Below, in pieces: positions 11,192 through 21,152 of a stretch of DNA of 64,000 nucleotides. This DNA comes from Candidatus Methylomirabilia bacterium. Its GTDB lineage: Bacteria; Methylomirabilota; Methylomirabilia; Rokubacteriales; CSP1-6. The first letter of the stretch is position 1; every line of letters starts with the position of its first letter. The position numbers and the translations under genes are program-made. The DNA is taken from positions 54,969-118,968 of the forward strand of contig JBGQEL010000002.1 of NCBI GenBank assembly GCA_041496385.1, given 5' to 3'. Under the pieces are notes generated by a model that saw only the letters and a program-made list of their open reading frames with translations, was not told where the DNA came from and searched no databases.

Positions 11192-12051
11192 TGGCCTTCG
11201 CCGAGATCCGCTACGACGTGGCCGAGTCCGTCGCCACGGTGACGCTGCACCGCCCCGAGAAGCTCAACGCGGTCACGACCACCATGATCGACGAGCTGCT
11301 CGAGGCGCTGGACCGGGCCGACGCCGACGACGGCGTGCGCGCCGTGATCGTCACGGGCAGCGGCCGCGCCTTCTGCGCGGGCGCCGACCTGTCGGCCGGA
11401 AGCGGGACCTTCGACGCGACGGCGCGCGACCGCGCCGAGCGCGCGGAGGACCACGAGGACGGCGGCGGGCGCGTCACGCTCCGCCTCTTCGACCTGACGA
11501 AGCCCGTGATCGCGGCGATCAACGGCCCGGCCGTCGGCTTCGGCGTCACGCTCACGCTGCCGATGGACGTCCGGATCGCGTCGGCGACGGCGCGCCTCGG
11601 CTTCGTCTTCGCCCGGCGCGGCGTCGTGCCCGAGGCCTGCTCGACGTGGTTCCTCCCGCGCCTCGTCGGGATCGCGCGGGCCGCCGAGTGGGTCTACACC
11701 AGGCGCGTCTTCGACGCGGAGGAGGCGCGCGCCGGCGGCCTCGTGAGCCGTGTCGTCGCGCCCGACGCGCTGCTCCCGACCGCGCGCGCCCTGGCGCGCG
11801 AGATCGCCGACAACACCTCCGCGGTCTCCGTCGCCCTCGCGCGCCAGATGCTCTGGAAACTGCTCGGCGCCGAGCACCCGATGGAGGCGCACCGCCTCGA
11901 CTCGCAGGGGATGTTCTGGACGGGCCGCTCCGCCGACGCCCGCGAGGGCGTCGGCGCCTTCCTCGAGAAGCGTCCGGCGCGCTTCGCGAGCGGGCCGAGC
12001 AAGGACATGCCGCCCTTCTACCCGTGGTGGACGCCGAGGACCTTCCGGTGA
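11191..12051 (+). CDS. Enoyl-CoA hydratase/isomerase (crotonase) family protein
   Basis: RPEKLNA, GRAFCAGADL, KPVIAAINGPAVGFG, GVVPEA; TGATG coupling. Confidence 0.92.
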   Translation: MAFAEIRYDVAESVATVTLHRPEKLNAVTTTMIDELLEALDRADADDGVRAVIVTGSGRAFCAGADLSAGSGTFDATARDRAERAEDHEDGGGRVTLRLFDLTKPVIAAINGPAVGFGVTLTLPMDVRIASATARLGFVFARRGVVPEACSTWFLPRLVGIARAAEWVYTRRVFDAEEARAGGLVSRVVAPDALLPTARALAREIADNTSAVSVALARQMLWKLLGAEHPMEAHRLDSQGMFWTGRSADAREGVGAFLEKRPARFASGPSKDMPPFYPWWTPRTFR

Positions 12052-12902
12052 CGCCGCTCGCGGTCTACCTGCCGTTCAACCGCGACTGCCTCCGCGGCGA
12101 GTTCACGCCCGCCAAGCGCGGCGGCACGCCCCCGGACCGGCGCGGCCACTGGCTCGTCGTCCAGGATCAGAAGCTCGTTGTCGCGGACGAGGGCGACGGC
12201 TTCCGGCTGCCGACGGGCGAGGCGGGCTTCGGCAACGCACTCGGGCCCGCGCACTGGCTCGGCACGTGGGCGGACACGCCGTGCTGGGTCGCGGGGCTCC
12301 CGAAGGACGCGCCCGTCCCGCCGGGCTTTCACGCCGAGACCCTCGTCCCCATGCAGGGCACGCGCCTGCCCGACGACCTCCTCTCGCTCGGCGGCATGGC
12401 CATGCAGCTCCTGTACTGGGAGGGGACGAGCCGTCACTGCCCGCGTTGCGGCGCGGCGACGGAGCGCCTCGAGGGCGAATGGGGCAAGCGCTGCCCCGCC
12501 TGCCGCTACGAGCACTACCCGCACCTCCACCCCGCGGTGATCGTGCTCGTGCGCGACGGCGAGCGCGTGCTCCTCGCGCGCAAGTCGATGTGGGCGCCAG
12601 GTCGCTACGCGCTCGTCGCGGGGTTCGTGGACAACGGCGAGTCGCTGGAGGGCGCCGTCGCGCGCGAGGTCAAGGAAGAGGTCGGCGTTGACGTGAAGGA
12701 CATCCAGTACGTCGGGAGCCAGAACTGGCCCTTCCCGAGCCAGCTCATGATCGGCTTCGTCGCCCACTACGCGGGCGGCGAGATCGCCATCGACACGGAA
12801 GAGCTGGAGGACGCGCGCTGGTTTCCGTGCACGGACCTGCCGACCGGGCCCGCGCGCCATTCGATCGCCGGCTGGATCATCGAGCACTACGCGCGCCGCT
12901 AG
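12048..12902 (+). CDS. nudC: NAD(H) diphosphatase (Nudix)
   Basis: CPRCG..CPAC zinc ribbon, Nudix box GFVDNGESLEGAVAREVKEEVG, SQNWPFPSQLM; GTGA overlap. Confidence 0.88.
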   Translation: MTPLAVYLPFNRDCLRGEFTPAKRGGTPPDRRGHWLVVQDQKLVVADEGDGFRLPTGEAGFGNALGPAHWLGTWADTPCWVAGLPKDAPVPPGFHAETLVPMQGTRLPDDLLSLGGMAMQLLYWEGTSRHCPRCGAATERLEGEWGKRCPACRYEHYPHLHPAVIVLVRDGERVLLARKSMWAPGRYALVAGFVDNGESLEGAVAREVKEEVGVDVKDIQYVGSQNWPFPSQLMIGFVAHYAGGEIAIDTEELEDARWFPCTDLPTGPARHSIAGWIIEHYARR

Positions 12903-12909
12903 CGCGGGA

Positions 12910-13377
12910 TCAGACCGCGCGCTCGAAGCCGTACTCCCGCGTCTGATTCGGATCGTGGGGCAGCGTCCGCGTGCCGGTCTTCCGGAAGCCCATGCGCGCG
13001 TAGAGCCGATGGGCCTGCTCGAACCGCGTGTCCGACCAGAGCACGAGCCGCGAGACCGCCCCGACCCGGCACCACGCGAGGACCGCCTCGACGAGCGCCC
13101 GGCCGGCGCCCCGACCGCGCAGGTGGGCGTCGAGGTAGAGCCGGTGGAGCTCCGCGGCGGCCCCGGGGAGCCGCTCGACACCCGCCGAGCCGACGATCAC
13201 GCCCTCGTGGTGGACGACGAAGAAGGCGCCCCGCGGCGGCGCGTAGTGGCGCTCGAACGCGAAGAGGTCGGGCAGCTCCGCGGCCGGCTCGAAGACGAAG
13301 CCGTACTCCGCGTACACGCGCCCGATGAGGGCGATCACGCCCGGGACGTTCGCGCGATCGGCCGGCGTCACGTTCAT
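12910..13377 (-). CDS. GNAT family N-acetyltransferase
   Basis: AELHRLYL...RGRGAGRAL...AHRLYARMGF; AGGAGG RBS. Confidence 0.88.
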   Translation of the reverse strand: MNVTPADRANVPGVIALIGRVYAEYGFVFEPAAELPDLFAFERHYAPPRGAFFVVHHEGVIVGSAGVERLPGAAAELHRLYLDAHLRGRGAGRALVEAVLAWCRVGAVSRLVLWSDTRFEQAHRLYARMGFRKTGTRTLPHDPNQTREYGFERAV

Positions 13378-14231
13378 ACCGTCCTCCTGGGAAGCACGAT
13401 GATCGCCAGGCCGAGCAGCACCAGCGCCATGCCCGCGAGCCGGTACGGGCCGAAGCGCTCGCCGAACACGATCGACGACGAGCAGGCGCCGACGAACGGC
13501 ACCAGGAGCGCGAACGGCGCGACGGTCGCCGCGGTGTAGCGGCGCAGCAGGCCGCCCCAGATCGCGTAGGCGACGACGGTCGCCACGAGGCCGAGGTAGA
13601 CCGTGGCGCCGACGCCGAGCCACGAGGCCGTCGAGACCGCCCGCCCGAGCGACGCCGGTCCGTCGAGCAGCATCGACAGCGCGAGCGCGGGGAACGGCGG
13701 CACCAGGCTGAGCCATACCATGAGATTCAGCATCTCGACTGCGGCGAGCCGCTTCAGCAGGACGTTGCCGATCCCCCAGCTCACGGCCGACAGCATCGCG
13801 AGGCCGAAGCCCACGAGCGCCAGATCATGCCCCGCCGTGAGCGCGATCGAGACGAGACCCGCGCCCGCGACGCCCATTCCGATCACGTGTCGCCGCGTCG
13901 GCCGCTCCCGAAGCACCAGGGCCGCGAACAGGACCGTGAAGAAGGCCTGCGTCTGAACGGCGACCGCGGCGAGCCCGGGCGGCATGCCGTGCGCGATGCC
14001 GAAGAACTGGAACAGGAACTGGCCGGCGAAGAGCGTCAGGCCGATCGGCACGAGTGCCGACCAGGGGACCGCCGGGCGCGCGAGCGACAGGGCGGGAACG
14101 GACGCGATCAGGAATCGCATGACGGTCAGCTGGGGCGGCGAGAAGCTCTCGAGCCCGATCTTGGTCGCGACGAACGCGACCCCCCAGACGACCGCGACGA
14201 GCACCCCGAGCGCGATGTGGCGCGGGCTCAC
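13374..14231 (-). CDS. EamA/DMT family transporter
   Basis: Two hydrophobic EamA repeats; [24 protein letters not shown]. Confidence 0.9.
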   Translation of the reverse strand: MSPRHIALGVLVAVVWGVAFVATKIGLESFSPPQLTVMRFLIASVPALSLARPAVPWSALVPIGLTLFAGQFLFQFFGIAHGMPPGLAAVAVQTQAFFTVLFAALVLRERPTRRHVIGMGVAGAGLVSIALTAGHDLALVGFGLAMLSAVSWGIGNVLLKRLAAVEMLNLMVWLSLVPPFPALALSMLLDGPASLGRAVSTASWLGVGATVYLGLVATVVAYAIWGGLLRRYTAATVAPFALLVPFVGACSSSIVFGERFGPYRLAGMALVLLGLAIIVLPRRTV

Positions 14232-14250
14232 GGCCGCCGCGCGCCCGGGC

Positions 14251-15153
14251 TCAGCGCACGACGCGAAGACCGCCGGGCCGGACGGAGATCGTCACGGGCG
14301 CCTGTCCGGCGGCTTCGCCGTCAGCGTGGACCGGCAGCTCGGTCTCGATGGTCACCGACCGCTCGCGCCGCACCGTCACCTTCGGGTTCCGGACGTGAGC
14401 GCCGCGGTAGACGGCCGGAAGCCAGCGGAGCAGCTCGAGCCGGCCGAGGGCGCCGAGCACGACGAGGTCGAGCAGGCCGTCGCACGGGTCGGCGCCGGGC
14501 GCGATCTTCATTCCCCCGCCGTAGTGCGCGCCGTTGGCGGCCACCGCCATCGTGAGCCGACCCGACCACACGATCCGTCCGTCCGCCCGGATCACCGCGG
14601 GCGCCGCGCGGTACGTGCCCACGGTCTCGAGCACCGCGGCGACGTACGGCACGGTGCCGCCCCAGTGCCAGGCGGCCGCGCGCCGCGCGACGACGGCGTC
14701 GAACCCGACGCCCGCGGCGTTCAGGAAGCAGCGCAGCCGCCCGTCGGCCCAGCTCACGACGCCCAGGTCCACCCGCCGCGCCTCGCCCGCGAGCGCGCGG
14801 TCGAGCGCGACGCGCGGATCGGGCGCGAAGCCGAGGTTGCGACACGCGTCGCGCCCGCGCCCGGTGACGATCGCGCCGAGCGCGGGCGCGGCCTCGCTCC
14901 CGGCGCGCGCGAGGCCGTTCGCGACCTCGTTCAGCGTGCCGTCGCCGCCCACCGCGACCACCACGGGCCAGCCCTCCGCCGCGGCCTTCCGCGCGAGCGC
15001 CGTGGCCTCGCCGGGCGCCCGCGTCTCCGCGACGGCGCACGCCGGCGCGCGCCGCGCCAGCTCCGCCCGCAGCCCGGGCCAGATCCGGCGCGTGCGCCCG
15101 CCGCCGGCCGCGGGGTTCACGACGAAGAATGCGCGCGGGGCGGGCCCTTCCAT
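14251..15153 (-). CDS. Diacylglycerol/lipid kinase family protein
   Basis: [43 protein letters not shown]. Confidence 0.9.
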   Translation of the reverse strand: MEGPAPRAFFVVNPAAGGGRTRRIWPGLRAELARRAPACAVAETRAPGEATALARKAAAEGWPVVVAVGGDGTLNEVANGLARAGSEAAPALGAIVTGRGRDACRNLGFAPDPRVALDRALAGEARRVDLGVVSWADGRLRCFLNAAGVGFDAVVARRAAAWHWGGTVPYVAAVLETVGTYRAAPAVIRADGRIVWSGRLTMAVAANGAHYGGGMKIAPGADPCDGLLDLVVLGALGRLELLRWLPAVYRGAHVRNPKVTVRRERSVTIETELPVHADGEAAGQAPVTISVRPGGLRVVR

Positions 15154-15207
15154 TTCGCTGGCGGGAGGATACAATCGGGGGCGCACCAAAGCCAGGGGAG
15201 GCCCCAC

Positions 15208-16416
<1,209 letters not shown>

Positions 16417-16439
16417 GGCGGAGCGCCGGAGGCTCGGCG

Positions 16440-18458
16440 ATGCCGCAGACGGCCGGCGTCCGCGTGGGTGTGGACGTCGGCGGCACCTTCACCGACCTCG
16501 TGGCCTGGGACGCCGCGGGACGGATGAACACGCTCAAGGTCCCGACGACACCCCGGAACCCGGCCGGCGGCGTGCTCGACGGCCTCGCGGCCATCGCGCG
16601 CGCGGCCGGCTCCTGCGCGTCGCTCGCCCACGGGACGACCCTCGTCACCAACGCCATCGTCGAGCGGCGGGTCGGACCCGTCGGCCTCGTCACCACGCGG
16701 GGCTTCCGCGACGTCCTCGAGATCGGGCGCATGAACCGCTCGCACCTCTACCGGCTCGATCTGCCCGCCAGGCCCGAGCCCCTCGTGCCTCGACGGCTCC
16801 GCGCCGAGGTCGACGAGCGCGTCGGCCCGGACGGCTCGGTGCTCACGCCGCTCGACCTCGGCGGGCTGCCGGAGATCATCGAGCGCTTTCGGCGCGAGGG
16901 CGTCGAGAGCGTGGCGGTCTGCCTGCTCCACGCCTACGCGAACCCTGCCCACGAGCAGGCGCTCCGCCTGGCGCTGGCCGCGCATTTCGCCCACGTGTCC
17001 GTCTCGAGCGAGATCAACGCCGAGTTCCGGGAGTACGAGCGGACGTGCACGACAGTGCTCAACGCGGCGGTGATGCCGCTGGCGGCGCGCTACCTCGACG
17101 ACCTGGCGGCCCGTCTCGCGGCCGGGGCCGGTGCGGTGCCGCTCCATCTCCTCCACTCCGCGGGCGGCATGATGTCGGTGGACGCGGCGCGGGCGCGGCC
17201 GCTCACGATGGCCATGTCCGGCCCCGCCGCCGGCGTGGCGGCGGCCGCCTACCTGAGTCGCGCGCTCGGCCTTCCCCGGGCGCTCGCCTTCGATATGGGC
17301 GGCACCACCACCGACGTCTGCCTCATCGCCGACGGCGCGCCGGAGACGGCGCGCCAGCGGAAGCTCGGCGACTACCCCGTGCGGCTGCCGGCGGTCGCCG
17401 TCGAGTCGATCGGCGCCGGCGGGGGATCGATCGCCTGGGTCGAGGCCACCGGCGCGCTCAAGGTCGGGCCGCGGAGCGCCGGGGCCGTGCCCGGGCCGGC
17501 GTGCTACGGCCTCGGTGGAACGGAGCCCACGGTCAGCGACGCCAATCTGATCCTGGGCTATCTCAACCCCGAGCGGATCTACGGGGGATCGATCCGCCTC
17601 GATCGCGCGCGCGCCGAGCGGGCGCTCGAGCCCCTCCGCCGCCGCTTCGGGCTCTCGCTCCTCGACGCGGCGCACGCCGTCGTCGAGGTCGCGAACGCCA
17701 ACATGCAGCGTGCGCTGCGGCTCGTCTCGGTGCAGCGCGGCTACGATCTGCGCGAGTTCACGCTGATCGCCTACGGCGGCGCCGGGCCCGTGCACGCGGG
17801 CGCGCTCGCGCGCGAGGCCGGGATCGCGCGCATCGTCGTGCCCGCGCACTCCGGCGCCTTCTCGGCGCTCGGCTGCCTCGTCTCTCCGCTCCGCTACGAC
17901 GCGGTGCAGACCCACCGGATGCGCCTCGAAGCCTGGGAGGGGAAGATCGTCGCCGACCGCTTCCGAGGGCTGGAGGCGCAGTGTGTGGCGCCGCTCCTCG
18001 ACGAGGGGCATTCCGCCGACCGCCTGCTGGTCCGGCGAAGCGCCGATCTCCGCTACGCCGGCCAGAACTACGAGCTGGAGGTCGACGGGGGCGACGGCAC
18101 CCCGGACGCGCTGCGCGCGACGTTCGAGCGGCGCCACCGCCAGCTCTACGGCTACGCGAGCGGCGAGAGCGTCGAGTGCGTGAACCTCCGGGTGACGGCG
18201 CAGCTCGTCCGCGACGACGTCATGCTCCCACCGGTCGCGGCGGCCGTCCCCGCGGCCCTCGCGGGGACGCTCCACGCCTACTTCCGCGAGACCGGCGCCG
18301 TCACGATGCCGCGCTACGAGCGCGGAGCGCTGTCCGCCGACCAGGCGATCGCCGGCCCGGCGTTGATCGAGGACGAGTCGTCGACGACGCTCGTCTATCC
18401 GGGCCAGCGCTGCCAGGCCGATCGGCTCGGCAACCTCCTCATCGAGGTCGGCGCGTGA
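16440..18458 (+). CDS. Hydantoinase/oxoprolinase subunit A (ATP-dependent lactamase family)
   Basis: GVDVGGTFTD, HGTTLVTNA, SGPAAG, FDMGGTTTD, IGAGGGS, GPRSAGAVPGPACY. Confidence 0.93.
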   Translation: MPQTAGVRVGVDVGGTFTDLVAWDAAGRMNTLKVPTTPRNPAGGVLDGLAAIARAAGSCASLAHGTTLVTNAIVERRVGPVGLVTTRGFRDVLEIGRMNRSHLYRLDLPARPEPLVPRRLRAEVDERVGPDGSVLTPLDLGGLPEIIERFRREGVESVAVCLLHAYANPAHEQALRLALAAHFAHVSVSSEINAEFREYERTCTTVLNAAVMPLAARYLDDLAARLAAGAGAVPLHLLHSAGGMMSVDAARARPLTMAMSGPAAGVAAAAYLSRALGLPRALAFDMGGTTTDVCLIADGAPETARQRKLGDYPVRLPAVAVESIGAGGGSIAWVEATGALKVGPRSAGAVPGPACYGLGGTEPTVSDANLILGYLNPERIYGGSIRLDRARAERALEPLRRRFGLSLLDAAHAVVEVANANMQRALRLVSVQRGYDLREFTLIAYGGAGPVHAGALAREAGIARIVVPAHSGAFSALGCLVSPLRYDAVQTHRMRLEAWEGKIVADRFRGLEAQCVAPLLDEGHSADRLLVRRSADLRYAGQNYELEVDGGDGTPDALRATFERRHRQLYGYASGESVECVNLRVTAQLVRDDVMLPPVAAAVPAALAGTLHAYFRETGAVTMPRYERGALSADQAIAGPALIEDESSTTLVYPGQRCQADRLGNLLIEVGA

Positions 18459-20080
18459 ACCTCCATCCGGCGACGCTCGAGGTCGTCCGCAACGCGCTCT
18501 ACGCGATCGCCGAAGAGATGAGCGTGATCGTCATGCGCTCGGCCCGCTCGCCGCTCCTCAAGGAGGCGGGCGATCTCTCCTCGGCGCTGACCGACGACGC
18601 GGGGCGGCTCATCGCGCAGGGGCGTGACATCCCGATCCATCTGGGCGTGATGGGGTTCACGGTGAAGGAGTTCCTCAAGCGCGCGCCGCCCGCGCGGCTG
18701 CGCGAGGGCGACGTATGGTTCCTCAACCTCCCCGAGGTCGGGGGCAACCACCTGCCCGACGTGAAGGCTCTACGCCCGGTGTTCGTCGGCGGCCGGCTCG
18801 TCGCCTTCGCGATCAACCTCGCGCACTGGGCGGACATCGGCGGCGCCGTGCCGGGCAGCTACGTGCCGTGGGCGACGGAGTGTTACCAGGAGGGGCTCCG
18901 GATCGCGCCGATCCGGCTCTTTACCGCCGACGGTCCCGAGCGTGATGCGATCGATCTCGTCCTGGCCAACCTGCGCGGACGAGACGAACGCGAGGGCGAT
19001 ATCTTTGCCCAGTTCGCCGCCAACGACGTCGCCGCCCGGCGGCTCCAGGAGCTCTTCGGGCGCTACGGCGTCGAGACGGTCAGCGCCTGCTTCGAGCGCC
19101 TGCACACCGAGTCGGAGACGGAGATGCGGCGCGCGATCCGCGCCCTGCCCGACGGCGTCTGGGAGGGCGAGGACTGGGTCGACGACGACGGGGTCGACGA
19201 TGGGCCCATCCGCATCCACGTGCGGGTCGAGATCGCCGGCGACGAGGCTCGCTTCGACTTCAGCGGCACGGCGCCCCAGGTGCGCGGCCCCGTGAACACG
19301 ACGTACTTCATCGCGTGCTCGGCGGTCTACTACGCGATGAAGGCGCTCGTCGCGCCGGAGGTGCCGCCGAACGACGGCTGCTACCGGCCGCTGCACGTCC
19401 TGGTGCCGCCGGGCACGGTGCTGAGCGCGGACCCCGACCGTCCGGTGGTCGGCGGCAATCACGAGACCTCGCAGCGCGTCGTGGACGCGATCATCAAGGC
19501 GCTCGCGCCCGTCCTGCCCGATCGCGTCTCCGCCGGCGGGCCGACCACGTCGGGCGTCCTGATCTTCGGCGCGCGCCAGCCGGACGGCCGCTGGGCGATC
19601 TTCTACGAGGTCCACGGCGGCGGCGAGGGTGCCACCGCAGGCAAGGACGGCGCCTCGGCGATACGCGTGCACATGTCCAACGTCATGAACACGCCGGTCG
19701 AGGTCATCGAGGGCGAGTACCCGATCATGGTCGAGGAGCAGGCGCTGCGTCCGGACTCGGGCGGCGACGGCGCGCACCGTGGCGGGCTGGGGTTCCGGCG
19801 CGCGTACCGGGTCGTGGCGCCCGAGATGACGCTCACGAGCATGCTCGACCGGCGGGTGGTGCCGCCCTACGGGCTCGCCGGCGGCCGGGATGCCGCGCCC
19901 TTCCGGATAACGCTGAACCCGGGTCCCCGCGCGCGCGTGGTCCGCGGCAAGGAGACGGTGCGCCTCACCGCCGGCGATCTGCTGGTCATCGAGACGTGCG
20001 GGGGCGGGGGCTACGGGCCCCCGGCCGCGCGGCCGGCGGAGATGCGCGCGCGCGACCGCGCGGAAGGATACGTCGGATGA
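18455..20080 (+). CDS. Hydantoinase B/oxoprolinase subunit
   Basis: RSARSPLLKE, GGNHLPD, HWADIGG..PGS, QEGLRI, NTPVEVIE, GGGGYG. Confidence 0.93.
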   Translation: MNLHPATLEVVRNALYAIAEEMSVIVMRSARSPLLKEAGDLSSALTDDAGRLIAQGRDIPIHLGVMGFTVKEFLKRAPPARLREGDVWFLNLPEVGGNHLPDVKALRPVFVGGRLVAFAINLAHWADIGGAVPGSYVPWATECYQEGLRIAPIRLFTADGPERDAIDLVLANLRGRDEREGDIFAQFAANDVAARRLQELFGRYGVETVSACFERLHTESETEMRRAIRALPDGVWEGEDWVDDDGVDDGPIRIHVRVEIAGDEARFDFSGTAPQVRGPVNTTYFIACSAVYYAMKALVAPEVPPNDGCYRPLHVLVPPGTVLSADPDRPVVGGNHETSQRVVDAIIKALAPVLPDRVSAGGPTTSGVLIFGARQPDGRWAIFYEVHGGGEGATAGKDGASAIRVHMSNVMNTPVEVIEGEYPIMVEEQALRPDSGGDGAHRGGLGFRRAYRVVAPEMTLTSMLDRRVVPPYGLAGGRDAAPFRITLNPGPRARVVRGKETVRLTAGDLLVIETCGGGGYGPPAARPAEMRARDRAEGYVG

Positions 20081-20856
20081 AGCTCGCAGACCGGATCGCC
20101 GTCGTCACGGGCGCCGCCAAGGGCATGGGCCGGGACATCTGCCTGGCACTCGCGGGCGAGGGCGCGCATCTGGCACTCGCCGCCCGCGAGGCGGGGCCGC
20201 TCGAGGCGCTCGCGCGCGAGGTGGAGGCGCTCGGTCGCCGGGCGCTCGCCATTCCGACGGACGTCACCGACGAGCCCGCGGTCGAGCGCCTGGTCGCGCG
20301 CGCGCGTGAGACCTTCGGGCGCCTCGACATCCTGGTCAACGCGGCCGGCATCACCGGGCCCATCGAGACCCCGGTGTGGGAGATCAAGGCCGACGACTTC
20401 GACCACGTCATCGCGGTGAACCTGCGCGGCACGTTCCTCCCGACCAAGCACGTGCTGCCGATCATGATCCAGCAGCGCTACGGCAAGATCGTGAACATCA
20501 GCGGCACCTCGGGGCTCCGGGGCTACAAGTACCGGGCGGCCTACTCGTCGTCCAAGTGGGCGCTGCGCGGTTTCACGCGCACCGTGGCGCTCGAGGTGGG
20601 CCGGTACAACATCAACGTCAACGCGCTGCACCCCGGCATCGTCGCCGGCGACCGCATGGACAAGCTCTGCCGCGAGAAGGCGAAGACGCGCGGCTGGACG
20701 CCCGAGCGCGTGTACCAGGAGTACGTGGACGAGATGGCGCTCCGGCGCGTCACGACGTCGCGGGACATCGCCAACGCGGCGATCTTCCTCGCCTCCGACG
20801 ACTCGTCGAACATGACGGGGCAATCGGTGACGGTCGACGGCGGCTGGGACGTCTAG
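20077..20856 (+). CDS. SDR family oxidoreductase
   Basis: TGAAKGMG, YSSSK, TGQSVTVDGG. Confidence 0.92.
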   Translation: MKLADRIAVVTGAAKGMGRDICLALAGEGAHLALAAREAGPLEALAREVEALGRRALAIPTDVTDEPAVERLVARARETFGRLDILVNAAGITGPIETPVWEIKADDFDHVIAVNLRGTFLPTKHVLPIMIQQRYGKIVNISGTSGLRGYKYRAAYSSSKWALRGFTRTVALEVGRYNINVNALHPGIVAGDRMDKLCREKAKTRGWTPERVYQEYVDEMALRRVTTSRDIANAAIFLASDDSSNMTGQSVTVDGGWDV

Positions 20857-20895
20857 CGGTCGGCGACGCGAACGAGGCTCGAGAGGCCATAAGGC

Positions 20896-21144
20896 ATGGA
20901 CGATAGCGAGGAGATCCGCCAGCTGTTGCGCGACATCCGGGACGCGCAACGCGAGCAGCTGGCCGAATACCGACAGGTCACGCAACGCTCGCTGGAGCTC
21001 CAGCAGCGTGCCGTCGCGCGCCAGGAGCAGGTCGGCCGCTTCATGCGACGCATCCTCCTCGCCGGAGGCGTCCTCGTGGCGGCGCTGCTTGTCTTGCTCG
21101 TCTACCTGCTCGTACGCTGGTCGAAATATCTCTTCGGCGTCTAG
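20896..21144 (+). CDS. Small hypothetical protein (coiled coil plus one C-terminal TM helix)
   Basis: 82-aa ORF with TAAGG RBS filling the gap in the operon; charged helix then ILLAGGVLVAALLVLLVYLLV. Confidence 0.7.
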   Translation: MDDSEEIRQLLRDIRDAQREQLAEYRQVTQRSLELQQRAVARQEQVGRFMRRILLAGGVLVAALLVLLVYLLVRWSKYLFGV

Positions 21145-21152
21145 AGAACATC

